Source of the DNA: a virus
Virus record (IMG/VR): IMGVR_UViG_3300032285_004073
Location: 64,001-128,000 of that record
DNA: 64,000 nt
Direction: 5' to 3' (one strand)
Positions 1 to 9,642 of this stretch are shown piece after piece. Under the pieces are notes generated by a model that was not told the DNA's origin, made no database searches, and saw only the letters and a list, made by a program, of their open reading frames with translations. The first letter of the stretch is position 1; every line of letters begins with the position of its first letter. The translations under genes were made by a program, and so were the position numbers.

Positions 1-335
1 GATTGTCTATTTTTTTCAGATTGTATTCTCAATTCAAAAGGTTCAAAATCTGTAACAGGACTATATCTTTGACTAAATTCTTGAAAAGAAAAACTTCTGT
101 GACGAAGAATTTGAGCTGCTATAGCTCTGGATGTTTTAATTTCAACTGTAACACTAACCATTTCATATGGAGACCAGTGTTTATGTTCAATTAAATATTT
201 TAATAATTTAGGTGCTGTCTGTGTATTTAATTGATTAGAAGGGTTGGATACCCTTGCACAATAAACCACAAAATCTTCTGGTGATAAAACACCTTCTATT
301 ATAGGTTCTGTAATACCAACTATTCTTACTTGCAT
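1..335 (-). CDS. thyX: Flavin-dependent thymidylate synthase ThyX (runs off the left edge; not in the ORF track)
   Basis: Manual translation from ATG at 335: MQVRIVGITEP...YCARVSNP...HKHWSPYEMV...SRAIAAQILRHRSFSFQEFSQRY, containing the ThyX signature RHRx7S. Confidence 0.95.
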   Translation of the reverse strand, partial: MQVRIVGITEPIIEGVLSPEDFVVYCARVSNPSNQLNTQTAPKLLKYLIEHKHWSPYEMVSVTVEIKTSRAIAAQILRHRSFSFQEFSQRYSPVTDFEPFELRIQSEKNRQ

Positions 336-1195
336 AAAAGGATCTCTTTAAAAAGATTAATATTCTCTTCTACATATTCTAATTGAGAATCTGATATTTC
401 ATTTTCAAAAATATCTACCATCTTCTCTGTAATTTTATGTTCTAAATTAACATTATTTTCATAACTCTTAAGATTATATCCCATTAATACTGGATGTGAG
501 GTATCAATTGTTTCTATAAAAGAATAAAGTTCTCCTTTATAATTTATAAATTCAGTCGGCAAACCACATCCAAGTAAATGATGTGGTTTGGTATAATCTA
601 TAATACCATCTTCAATAAATTGTTGTAAAAGAATAGGTCTAAAAACTGAATAAGCAGTTGGTTTCCACACTTCTTTTATTCTTTTTTCATTATTAAGAGG
701 ACTAGAAGTAATAGCTGTGAAAACATCTCTGTCCATTTTTTCTAAAGCTTGCTGCCAAAAATAATCATAACCAAAGCTAATAGCTATTTTATCTGCATGT
801 TCTCTCATGAATAAATAGGAATCCTTTAATTCCTGGTAATTTTTTCCTTGGATAACTCCTATAGCCTTTCCGCGGAAAGTTCCTCTATCAAATTTTACTA
901 GGAACTCTTCAAAACTCTTAATATTTGCTTCATAATTCTGAAAAACATCTGGTATTATATACTCATCCGGCTCTAATTCATAGAGCCAATTAATAAATTT
1001 ATCATGGTTATAAGCTTCACCAAGTTCATAAAGACTATTATCTAAAATAATTTTGCGTCCTAACTTTTTTGATTTAAAGAAAAAATCTCTATATTCTTTA
1101 TTTTCTTCCAATAAATGAACTAATGCATAGTCATAATCGGTTAATCCTCTGACTCTTTCCATTATTTTTAATGGTGCTTCGTGTGCTACTAACAT
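326..1195 (-). CDS. TGT/DpdA-like TIM-barrel protein, candidate 7-deazaguanine DNA-insertion enzyme
   Basis: Motifs IILDNSLYELG, GVIQG, HHLLGCG and IDTSHP parallel the TGT-fold DSG, QG, HxLG and D(S/T)S motifs. The TGT CxCxxC Zn site is absent. ATG at 1195 is preferred over TTG at 1204, which abuts the -10 box. Confidence 0.55.
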   Translation of the reverse strand: MLVAHEAPLKIMERVRGLTDYDYALVHLLEENKEYRDFFFKSKKLGRKIILDNSLYELGEAYNHDKFINWLYELEPDEYIIPDVFQNYEANIKSFEEFLVKFDRGTFRGKAIGVIQGKNYQELKDSYLFMREHADKIAISFGYDYFWQQALEKMDRDVFTAITSSPLNNEKRIKEVWKPTAYSVFRPILLQQFIEDGIIDYTKPHHLLGCGLPTEFINYKGELYSFIETIDTSHPVLMGYNLKSYENNVNLEHKITEKMVDIFENEISDSQLEYVEENINLFKEILLCK

Positions 1196-1206
1196 ATATT
1201 TCAATT

Positions 1207-1234
1207 ATTATACTCTATTAAGAAAATAAATCAA
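1207..1234 (-). promoter_or_regulatory. Sigma70-like promoter TTGATT-N16-TATAAT
   Basis: Read directly on the minus strand, 11 nt upstream of ATG 1195. Confidence 0.7.
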
Positions 1235-3791
1235 ACAAATCTGTTTGAACTTCTGTGCCTAAAGCTGGTATATCCCATCCGATACACTCATAAACTCTTT
1301 GAATAGGAGGTGCAACCATCTTATCGAACATCATTTGGTGATTAATTTTGATGTGCTCGTTGAGTTCATCTGGGTATAAATCTATAAATGCCATTACTTT
1401 ATAATTAAATGGATTTTTAGATGCATAAAAATATTTCATTTTCATACCGCTTGTAATAGATTCATGCAAATGGTCAATCTTATAATGCTTTAATAAGTGA
1501 TTATAATGAATAGCTGCCTTGGCATGAATAGGAGTTCCTTTACCAATCTTGCCAAAATCATCCATTTTAGCTTCTTGTTTTTCTAAATCTGAAATTTTAC
1601 TTCTAATAGAAAGCTCTTCAGCTTTCATTTCTTTAAATTTGTTATAAGATTCTCTAAAAATTTCATTAGACTTCTTTTTATCCTCTGAAAGCATTGCTAA
1701 TTCAATAACATTTTTAATTAATTTTTTAACAGTATCTGATATAGATGAACGAGCTACTTCAACACCTACATATTTAAAAGGGTCTTTCGGTATATAACCT
1801 TCTTTATCTAAAATATGGAGTATATACCTTTTCTTTTCCATGAAGAGACCCACGTCACAAATGGTTTCTTGTTTAAATACAAATCTAGGATCTGAAGATT
1901 TTAATTGTTCTCTAGCCCAAACTAGAATTTCTGTATTGAGATAGGTATCAATTTCTTTTGTTATTTCCCTTGCTTCATCTGTCAATTTACCATCTTCAAC
2001 AAGTTTTATATTTAAATGTGTAAGAATAGGTTGTATGGAGAAATATGCTGAATCAGTGTCACCATAAAGATATATTTTTTCTTTATCAACTTTGCAACCT
2101 TTCTTTAAGGCATATTCATAAACGATCTCAGCTGCTTGTTTAACTACAGACTGACCCGTTAACGTAATACTAGCTGAATGATCTATATCAAATAATGGTG
2201 AATATTTTTGAGCAAATACTCCATAGATGGAATTCAATACAAGTTTATAAACATTTTGTTGTGTATCTAAATTAAGAATTTCTTGTTCTATTTTATTTTT
2301 TTCATCTTTATCTTTAATAGAACGTATCAATTTCTCTCTTTTAATCATTTCATTCTTAGCCTCGACACGCTCTTTATATAAGCGATCAATCAGATTAGGA
2401 ATGACTCCTTTAAACTTTTGTGTATATAATACGTTATATTTTGATATAGAAAGATTTTCTTTTTGTACAAGTCTATTAAATTTCTCTTCTGAAAGAGTTA
2501 CGGTTTTTTCATTGGCTAATTTAATAGTATATTGTTTATCTTCTATAGTGGTTATTTTGCCTATTTTTGTCTCTGGAGATATATTAAGAGTAATGATAGT
2601 GTTGGGATATAGACTATTTGCATCATAACTTACAACAGATTTACTCAAACCGCGTTCCGGTTCATGCACATATCCTCCAACATATTCATCTCGTTCTCCT
2701 TCATTTTTAAAAGTTGGTATTTTATATCCCTGTATAAAGGCTTGATGTGCTACAGCTCCGGTAATCATGGATACTTTGCCCATGGCCTGTTCAAAAGGAA
2801 TAAAACCTTTATAAGAAAGAGTACGAATCAATTTAATAAATTTTAATTTTTCATCAAGCTTAACTAAAATTCTTACGTCCTGAATATTATAATCAACAAA
2901 CAACTCCCAATTATCAATTGATAATTGGGCAAGATTGGATCCACCTGTATCAATCTTTCCTTCTTTTAATTCATATTCACCTACATAATTAAGAGAATAA
3001 GATTCTCTATCACCTCTTGAAAAGGTTTTATAAACTTCCATGTAATCAATGTTACTCACACCTCGGATGTACCAACGATTGATCATTTTACCAAATTTAT
3101 TCATGGCCACATTCTCTCTATAATAGAGAGAATTTACCGGTGAAAGTCTAGCTGCATCTTCTTCTCCAAATAGATTATGTAATCTATTCATGATATAAGG
3201 AATATCAAATCCTTCTCCATTCCAAGTACAAAGCATATCTGGAGGATCTTTCTCCCAAAATTCTAAAAATGCTTGAAGCATTTCTGTTTCTCTTGAATGG
3301 CAAAAATAGGTTATATTTTTTTCTTTAGGTTTATAAGGTTTCTGCCCCCAAGAATAATAATGATTGTTTATAGAATCATAAAGAGTAATAAGATTAATAG
3401 GATCCTTAGCTAATTCTGGAACCGGAAATTCATTAGGAGAATAGGTTTCTATATCCAAAAAGTAAACCTTTAACGGATGCTGACCAAAGTCTAATTTGTG
3501 AATTTCATCTTTATAAGTTGAAAGAAGAAAATCCTGTTCGCAACTAAGATTATTAAATAATCTTTTAATAGGTGTCTCATTGACAAATTTACTCCTATCA
3601 AACTGATTTTTAAATGTAACTTTCTTTAACGGTGTGTTAAAGATCGAAGTAGCATCATGAGCTGATGAAGACTCAATATAAAGATGAGGTTCGTAATCAG
3701 CCACAAGCTTAATGCGATTACCTTTTTCATCCCAAGTCCAAAGATGAATAACTCCTTGTCTTCCATCATAAAAAATATTTCTCCATGCCAT
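1218..3791 (-). CDS. gp43: Family B DNA polymerase (T4 gp43-like)
   Basis: Exonuclease motifs FLDIETY, WNGEGFDIPY, YNIQDV; polymerase motifs YDANSLYP, KLVLNSIYG, YGDTDS. Confidence 0.97.
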   Translation of the reverse strand: MAWRNIFYDGRQGVIHLWTWDEKGNRIKLVADYEPHLYIESSSAHDATSIFNTPLKKVTFKNQFDRSKFVNETPIKRLFNNLSCEQDFLLSTYKDEIHKLDFGQHPLKVYFLDIETYSPNEFPVPELAKDPINLITLYDSINNHYYSWGQKPYKPKEKNITYFCHSRETEMLQAFLEFWEKDPPDMLCTWNGEGFDIPYIMNRLHNLFGEEDAARLSPVNSLYYRENVAMNKFGKMINRWYIRGVSNIDYMEVYKTFSRGDRESYSLNYVGEYELKEGKIDTGGSNLAQLSIDNWELFVDYNIQDVRILVKLDEKLKFIKLIRTLSYKGFIPFEQAMGKVSMITGAVAHQAFIQGYKIPTFKNEGERDEYVGGYVHEPERGLSKSVVSYDANSLYPNTIITLNISPETKIGKITTIEDKQYTIKLANEKTVTLSEEKFNRLVQKENLSISKYNVLYTQKFKGVIPNLIDRLYKERVEAKNEMIKREKLIRSIKDKDEKNKIEQEILNLDTQQNVYKLVLNSIYGVFAQKYSPLFDIDHSASITLTGQSVVKQAAEIVYEYALKKGCKVDKEKIYLYGDTDSAYFSIQPILTHLNIKLVEDGKLTDEAREITKEIDTYLNTEILVWAREQLKSSDPRFVFKQETICDVGLFMEKKRYILHILDKEGYIPKDPFKYVGVEVARSSISDTVKKLIKNVIELAMLSEDKKKSNEIFRESYNKFKEMKAEELSIRSKISDLEKQEAKMDDFGKIGKGTPIHAKAAIHYNHLLKHYKIDHLHESITSGMKMKYFYASKNPFNYKVMAFIDLYPDELNEHIKINHQMMFDKMVAPPIQRVYECIGWDIPALGTEVQTDLFDLFS

Positions 3792-3797
3792 ATTAAG

Positions 3798-3826
3798 ATA
3801 TTATACTACCTTAATACCATTTTCAA
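3798..3826 (-). promoter_or_regulatory. Sigma70-like promoter TTGAAA-N17-TAATAT
   Basis: 6 nt upstream of the polymerase ATG at 3791. Confidence 0.55.
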
Positions 3827-4337
3827 TGAATTCTTTTACTTCATCATCAATAATAGGATTACCTTCGTGGAGGATATCTGAAACCTTTTTATACAAATCA
3901 AAGGCTTTACGCTCGAAGAAATTTGTAGCTTTCACAAAACCTAAGGTATCAATCCAACAATTCATCTGTGGATATTGTGGTGCTGCATGAAAAATACAAC
4001 CATTGTGAAAATTACCAATCCAACAAAGAAGAAAAATAGCACCTTTAAGCTCTTTGTCTTTAACCATATATTCAAAAAATACAGCTCTTTCTTCTGGAGC
4101 TTTGCCTACATATCTATTTAATTTGGTAATATATTCTCCGTCTAGAAAGATAATAGAACGTCCTTTAGTAGTCACATGCTCTTTAAGAACTTTGACATTA
4201 TTATCATTCATATAAACCTTTCTCAAAGTAGGCCATTTTACATTTACACCTCTTGTAGAGAAAAAGGGAGACTCCTGCAAAGGCTGTCTATTCATGGACA
4301 CTTTTTTATTTTGACGAAGGTCTAATGTATTACTCAT
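3801..4337 (-). CDS. Hypothetical protein
   Basis: 178-aa ORF fitting between the glycosyltransferase and polymerase genes; no motif recognised. Confidence 0.7.
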   Translation of the reverse strand: MSNTLDLRQNKKVSMNRQPLQESPFFSTRGVNVKWPTLRKVYMNDNNVKVLKEHVTTKGRSIIFLDGEYITKLNRYVGKAPEERAVFFEYMVKDKELKGAIFLLCWIGNFHNGCIFHAAPQYPQMNCWIDTLGFVKATNFFERKAFDLYKKVSDILHEGNPIIDDEVKEFIENGIKVV

Positions 4338-4381
4338 ACATTAATAGTATGATAAAACATTAGGAAAACCAACAAAATAAT

Positions 4382-5701
4382 TTACACCTTTTGATCCAAG
4401 TTATTTGCTATAAGAGTTGGGCTCTTTTCATTTCTTTCTTTAGATCCAAAATCTGTAAAATACAAAGCCTCATATTCATCTAAATGATCTTCTAACCAAA
4501 GACCTTCTGTAAATTTACGAGACTTATCTGAGAATTTCATATATCGATCAAAATCTGATGTGAGATATTCTAATTGCTGAATAAGATCTGATCCGTTTTT
4601 GAATGAAAAATCTGCACCCTCATATGTGCAAATATCTTGATAAGCGCCTGGCATACCAAAAGCTCCGGCTTCAATCATTTTAATATTGCTCTTAGATTTA
4701 TTAAAAACATTATCTTGGAGAGGTGCAAATGAAACATTACAGTCTGTGTCATACAATGCTTGAGGTAAATCCGGAAGAGGAGACCATTCTAGGTATTCCA
4801 TTTCACCATTATCAATATAAGGTTTAACAGCAAGAGGGAAACATCCCTTCCAAACAAATTTAAATTTCTTGCGAGCTTTAATAATATCTTGTACTACATG
4901 CTCAAAATCATCCTTCATTCCAGTTTTATTGACTACATCTATATGTGTGCCAGAACCTGCATAAAGAACGCGAGGACGCTTTTTATTTTTTTCAAAAAGC
5001 TCTATAATTCGATTTCTATTGTAGTAGCGATCAAGCCAAGATTTAGGCGCATAATTTGGAATAACTGTGATATTTTTATTGCCTGTCTTATCTATATAAT
5101 AATCTTTCATATATTGACAAGTGACGGATATTTCATCCATCATACTCATAATATCTAGAATACTAGAGATAATATCTTGACTTACAAAAGCTTCTTTACA
5201 ACGATTATAATCTGGAATATCATCTTTAAAAACTATATCGTCTACTTCATAAATCATGCGAAAACCCATATCCTTTTTAACTCTCGTAAGTTCTCTAATA
5301 AACTCTCTCTGAACTGGAGTTGCTTGTCTTTGCATTCTAATAGCCTTAATGCCTTGATAAAATCTAAGATCCAATACCATGCATGTAAGACCTGAAATAC
5401 AGGCTTTCTGATATTGATTTAAATTAAGCTCCGGCCAAATCATTCTCCAAAACCCGCATCCACCATAATCAGCATAATAATTTAGGGCTCTAGGTAAATT
5501 ACTTTCTGGCATCTCAACTGGTGGCGGAGATGGCATACTAATGGGATTGGCTGCTACATAAGAAAAATTGGGTGTTCCGTGAGGTAATGCAGGAGCATTG
5601 GGTATACCTGCACTAAATGCTTTGTATTCATAAACTATACGATTACTAGTATCAATACTATTTGAAGCAGGAGAAGCATTATTCTTAATTTTTAAAGCCA
5701 T
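4382..5701 (-). CDS. GT-B-type (GT4-like) glycosyltransferase with Pro-rich N-terminus
   Basis: ADYGGCGFWRM, IYEVDD, VTCQYM, VIPN, YAGSGTH, APLQDNVFNKSKSNIKMIEAG: the pattern typical of phage GT-B glycosyltransferases. Confidence 0.75.
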   Translation of the reverse strand: MALKIKNNASPASNSIDTSNRIVYEYKAFSAGIPNAPALPHGTPNFSYVAANPISMPSPPPVEMPESNLPRALNYYADYGGCGFWRMIWPELNLNQYQKACISGLTCMVLDLRFYQGIKAIRMQRQATPVQREFIRELTRVKKDMGFRMIYEVDDIVFKDDIPDYNRCKEAFVSQDIISSILDIMSMMDEISVTCQYMKDYYIDKTGNKNITVIPNYAPKSWLDRYYNRNRIIELFEKNKKRPRVLYAGSGTHIDVVNKTGMKDDFEHVVQDIIKARKKFKFVWKGCFPLAVKPYIDNGEMEYLEWSPLPDLPQALYDTDCNVSFAPLQDNVFNKSKSNIKMIEAGAFGMPGAYQDICTYEGADFSFKNGSDLIQQLEYLTSDFDRYMKFSDKSRKFTEGLWLEDHLDEYEALYFTDFGSKERNEKSPTLIANNLDQKV

Positions 5702-5708
5702 ATAGTTA

Positions 5709-5736
5709 AATTTATCTATCTACTATCTAAAATCAA
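5709..5736 (-). promoter_or_regulatory. Sigma70-like promoter TTGATT-N16-TAAATT
   Basis: 7 nt upstream of ATG 5701. Confidence 0.6.
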
Positions 5737-6495
5737 CTAGACTTTAAGGGCTTTATCCCAAACAAGAAGGTGTAATCTAGGACTAAAATTTACATGCATT
5801 GCTTTAGCATACTCTGCAACAACTGGAGCCTTTTCTATATGCTCTTCTCTAGAACCACAGCAAGGCATAAACCAAATACGGTCTCTAATTGCATTAATAT
5901 GATGCTTATCGTCAACATACTTTTCCCAAATTTCATTAATATCTTCTGATTTGTTAATAACAAATTTAAACCCTGATCCATTTCTTGCATGCCATTTAAG
6001 AACCTCTGGCTTGTAGGTTTTATCTTCTGGATCCCCGTTTGATCGGAGTTTAGGTGACGTTGTAAAAGTGGCATTAAAAGCATCTTTCCAAACTGGATCT
6101 GGCATTAAAGTAGCATTGGTTTCAAAATCAATACGCGGAACAATTTTATATTTCTCTATAAATGCTTGAATGAATTTAATTAATTGCTTCTGTTGAATAA
6201 GCGGTTCACCGCCTGTAAGCTTAAGAATAGCATTATGTGCTAAATGATTGATATAACCATTATCTTCCATAAGTTGAAAGATTTCAGCAAATGTCATTTT
6301 ATTCTTAACTGTCCAAGAAATAAATGAATCACATCCATTAGGAGAATCTTCTGAAGCAAATCCAATACACGTCAAATTACACATTGACATGCGCATAAAC
6401 ACTGAAGGTTGTCCTACAAATTCACCTTCACCTTCAATAGTATAAAAAACTTTATCATCCGACAAAAATAATGTCTCTGTATTAATATCAATCAT
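5737..6495 (-). CDS. queE: 7-carboxy-7-deazaguanine synthase QueE (radical SAM)
   Basis: FYTIEGEGEFVGQPSVFMRMSMCNLTC...CDS, LTGGEPL, FETNAT, SPKL, FSPRLHLLVW. Confidence 0.88.
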   Translation of the reverse strand: MIDINTETLFLSDDKVFYTIEGEGEFVGQPSVFMRMSMCNLTCIGFASEDSPNGCDSFISWTVKNKMTFAEIFQLMEDNGYINHLAHNAILKLTGGEPLIQQKQLIKFIQAFIEKYKIVPRIDFETNATLMPDPVWKDAFNATFTTSPKLRSNGDPEDKTYKPEVLKWHARNGSGFKFVINKSEDINEIWEKYVDDKHHINAIRDRIWFMPCCGSREEHIEKAPVVAEYAKAMHVNFSPRLHLLVWDKALKV

Positions 6496-6501
6496 ATGAT
6501 C

Positions 6502-6529
6502 ATATTATATTAAAAAGAATTTTAATCAA
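6502..6529 (-). promoter_or_regulatory. Sigma70-like promoter TTGATT-N16-TAATAT
   Basis: 6 nt upstream of the queE ATG at 6495. Confidence 0.6.
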
Positions 6530-8352
6530 CTCTCCTTTATTTGAGTTTTACCGTTATGCTTCTCTAGGGTAATAATATTGCTTACACCGGCTCCAGATAT
6601 GTGGGTCTTATTATGTGAGATAATATAGACCGATTCGTTATAATCTGCAACCCTTGTGTTTAAAATCTCCATTATCTTATTGGCCCCTCTTTCATCAATA
6701 GCTGAATCAAATAATTCATCGTACATACTAAGAGAAAAAGAAGAACCTGTTTGAGTTCTTAATAAATCTTGAAACATAAACAGCACAGCTAAATCTATTC
6801 TCTTTCTTTCTCCTCCACTAAAGTTAAAATATGAACATTCTTTACCTTGATCATTATGAATAATTTCTTCAAACATTTCATTGAATTCACATTTACAGGG
6901 CGCTTCCAAGGCATTCAAATAGTAATTAAGTCTAGCATTTAAGACGCCTAACATTTTTTTGATAATATAAGTCTTAACACCTTCTTCGGAAACAATATAT
7001 TTTGCATTTTCAAGAATGTTTAATTTCTTTTGCAATTCTTGAATTGTCTTTTCTGTCTCAATAATTTCTATTTCAATATTATCTATAAGCTCTAATACCC
7101 CATCTTTTTCATTTCTTAATTCATTAATTTCTTCTTCGATTTCTCTATTTCGTTCTTGTAATTGATTCAATTCTTGAGAAGCCAATTCTAAGGATGATTT
7201 TTCTGTATTAAGATTTTTAATAGACAGTCTGGTGGAAGTAATAGCATTGTTTATTAACTTTTCTTTAGAAATTAATTTTTGTAAATTGGATTTTACAGGT
7301 TGTTTACTATCTTCAAGAGGAGATATTTGATCATCTATTTCTTTAATACATTTATCTAAATCCAGGCTTTCATCATATTTCCTTTTGCATGTAGGGCATG
7401 CTGCACCTTTTTTTAAATCTCCTTTTTGTTTTTCTAATTGCTTGATTTCATAATCAATTTGTAATAAAACCCCATTTTCACCGGAAATTTTATCTTTAAT
7501 TTTAGTATGCCCCTCTTCTAAATCATTTAAATCTTTTTCTTTAGACTCAATGCTTAGTTTTAAGCTGTCTATTTTAGACGTTACAGAGCTATTATTAGAT
7601 ACTCTATCAATTTTTTCTTGATTGTTCTTAATTTTATCTTTTAAATTAAGAATTTTATTGTTGCGATTTTCTGTATTTTTATTAACTTGGTTTTTATACA
7701 ATGTTAAATTTTTTTGTTGATCAATAAATTTACTAGCTACAATATCATTTTCTTTTTTAGTATCGTTATAATCAGCTCTAACTTTAAGTAATATTTCACC
7801 AAAAATGCCTAAATTTAAAATACCTTCTACAAATTTTCTTTTATCTATTTTTTTCTGACCCATAAAGGGTGTGGTGTTATTAGCTGTCATGATAACAGCG
7901 TTTTGAAAAACTTCTTCGTTGGCACCTATTAATTCTTTAATATAATCATCTGTCTTAGGCATAGAAGACAAAGAAATATCTTCTACTCGATCTTCTACTC
8001 GATCTTCTAAATGAACTTCTAATTTAACAGAAGAAGGTTCTAGTGTTCTGGTAATAGTATATTGTGTATTTTGTATTCCATCATTAATATCAAAATTTAA
8101 TATTACTTCACATCCTTTTTTAACTTGATTGTGAATAATCCTATCTTTTTTAATATCCCTCATGGTGCTACCAAATAAACACCAGAATAAAGATTCTACT
8201 AACGTACTCTTTCCTACACCATTGCGTCCACCCTTATCCCTGTTTTCTCCTGTGATAAGATTAATACCAGATTTAAAATTTAAAGAAACTTTATTTTCTC
8301 CAATAGAAAGAAAATTTTTAATTTGTATTTTCTTAAAAATAATTCTTTTCAT
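6526..8352 (-). CDS. gp46: Recombination endonuclease ATPase subunit (T4 gp46, SbcC/Rad50-like)
   Basis: Walker A NGVGKST, coiled coil with Zn-hook CPTC, signature FSGGERKR, Walker B YDELFD, SH. Confidence 0.95.
   Translation of the reverse strand: MKRIIFKKIQIKNFLSIGENKVSLNFKSGINLITGENRDKGGRNGVGKSTLVESLFWCLFGSTMRDIKKDRIIHNQVKKGCEVILNFDINDGIQNTQYTITRTLEPSSVKLEVHLEDRVEDRVEDISLSSMPKTDDYIKELIGANEEVFQNAVIMTANNTTPFMGQKKIDKRKFVEGILNLGIFGEILLKVRADYNDTKKENDIVASKFIDQQKNLTLYKNQVNKNTENRNNKILNLKDKIKNNQEKIDRVSNNSSVTSKIDSLKLSIESKEKDLNDLEEGHTKIKDKISGENGVLLQIDYEIKQLEKQKGDLKKGAACPTCKRKYDESLDLDKCIKEIDDQISPLEDSKQPVKSNLQKLISKEKLINNAITSTRLSIKNLNTEKSSLELASQELNQLQERNREIEEEINELRNEKDGVLELIDNIEIEIIETEKTIQELQKKLNILENAKYIVSEEGVKTYIIKKMLGVLNARLNYYLNALEAPCKCEFNEMFEEIIHNDQGKECSYFNFSGGERKRIDLAVLFMFQDLLRTQTGSSFSLSMYDELFDSAIDERGANKIMEILNTRVADYNESVYIISHNKTHISGAGVSNIITLEKHNGKTQIKES
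7979..8009. repeat. In-frame 12-bp tandem duplication in gp46 (EDRV-EDRV-ED)
   Basis: TCTTCTACTCGA x2 plus TCTTCTA. Confidence 0.8.
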
Positions 8353-8361
8353 TGTTTATAG

Positions 8362-8389
8362 ATTATAAAGTATTTTTATAATTTATCAA
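8362..8389 (-). promoter_or_regulatory. Sigma70-like promoter TTGATA-N16-TATAAT
   Basis: 9 nt upstream of the gp46 ATG at 8352. Confidence 0.7.
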
Positions 8390-8398
8390 CTATGGAAA

Positions 8399-8926
8399 TT
8401 AATTATTAATGATTAAAAAACTTGTGCAAATATCTTCTGTTGTAGTATTTAAAGTTAAATTATTGTTTGATACAAATTCATCTACTGCTCTCATAACAGC
8501 AGTAAACATATTACAATAATCATGACCTGCTATTATACCGTTTTTTTTAACCTTTGTTTTTGCTAAATTTAAATCTATTTTACAGCCTTCGTAAGAATGA
8601 TCACCGTCTATATAAATAAAATCTAGATAATTATCTGGTAAAGAATTTAAAAAAATTTCGCTTTTTCCTTTAAAAAAAGATATTCGGTTTTCTTCTTTGT
8701 ATTTTTCTGTTAAAATTTTATAAGCATCTTCAAGAATGATATGCTTCATATTGCCCCCGTTTTTGTCTCCCGAACACATTGGACCTTCAAATAAATCAAC
8801 AAGATATAATTTTTTTGGATCTGTTGTGGAATATATAATTTCACTAAATGCTCCTTCAAATACTCCTATTTCTGCTCCAATGCCATTTTTTGGTATTAAT
8901 GTTAATAATTCTTCTCTAGTTTTCAT
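8399..8926 (-). CDS. Class I SAM methyltransferase (Methyltransf_24-like)
   Basis: GAEIGVFEG, LVD, DFIYIDGDHSY, GIIAGHDY. Confidence 0.85.
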   Translation of the reverse strand: MKTREELLTLIPKNGIGAEIGVFEGAFSEIIYSTTDPKKLYLVDLFEGPMCSGDKNGGNMKHIILEDAYKILTEKYKEENRISFFKGKSEIFLNSLPDNYLDFIYIDGDHSYEGCKIDLNLAKTKVKKNGIIAGHDYCNMFTAVMRAVDEFVSNNNLTLNTTTEDICTSFLIINN

Positions 8927-9642
8927 AATTCAGATATAATGCTATTTATATAATTTAAATCTTTTCCAGTATAACAAGCACCTAAAAAATGTATTATACT
9001 AGAATCTTTAATTGAAATTTTATTTATACTATCCCACGCACCTCCTATATTTTTTAAATAAACAAAATCTGAAAGTGTTGGTTGTATTAAATTTAAAGAC
9101 GAGAAAAATTCATTAAAAATTGGTTGATCACATACAGCTTTATTTTTTACTGAATTTATGTATTCTAATAAAATATTAAAACTATTTAAATTAATTTTAT
9201 TAAATCCAAAAGTACCTGCATTAAAACCTTTAATAGAAAGATCGTAATTTGTATCACTAAATTTAAAATAGCCAATATTAGTATTAAGGCAGTCTACTTC
9301 TTTAACTCCGTGTATAATATTTTTTTGATTTTCTATACACTCAAAAACAGATTCGAGGGATTTAACTGGTATAGCATCTACATCTAAATAAAGAAAATTT
9401 TCATAATTAGATGCTAAATTTAATTTATTTATAATAAATTTAGCTGTATATTTAAAATCAAAATTATCAACTTCTATAATATGTGTTGGTTTTAAATCAT
9501 TTTCTAAAAACTGAAACCCTTTAGGTACAATACAACATGTATCAATATCTTTGTTATTATTTTTATTAAAACATTTTAAATTTATTTGAAGAATATCTTT
9601 ATATGCATTATCACATATATAGTAAATTAAATTTTTTTTCAT
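8923..9642 (-). CDS. GT-A glycosyltransferase (GT8-like)
   Basis: FLYLDVD (DXD), FNAGTF, DQPIFN, IIHF. Confidence 0.75.
   Translation of the reverse strand: MKKNLIYYICDNAYKDILQINLKCFNKNNNKDIDTCCIVPKGFQFLENDLKPTHIIEVDNFDFKYTAKFIINKLNLASNYENFLYLDVDAIPVKSLESVFECIENQKNIIHGVKEVDCLNTNIGYFKFSDTNYDLSIKGFNAGTFGFNKINLNSFNILLEYINSVKNKAVCDQPIFNEFFSSLNLIQPTLSDFVYLKNIGGAWDSINKISIKDSSIIHFLGACYTGKDLNYINSIISEL

Noticed and set aside
3-194. Plus-strand 63-aa ORF in the track
   Set aside because: It is the antisense shadow of thyX, which has a clear signature on the minus strand.
1218-3791. Intein or intron in DNA polymerase (also checked gp46, primase, helicases, gp23)
   Set aside because: Lengths are normal, motifs are contiguous and there are no intein splice motifs.
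7979-8009. 12-bp duplication in gp46 as a phase-variation site
   Set aside because: It is in-frame with only about 2.5 copies in a probable loop, so copy change would not switch expression.
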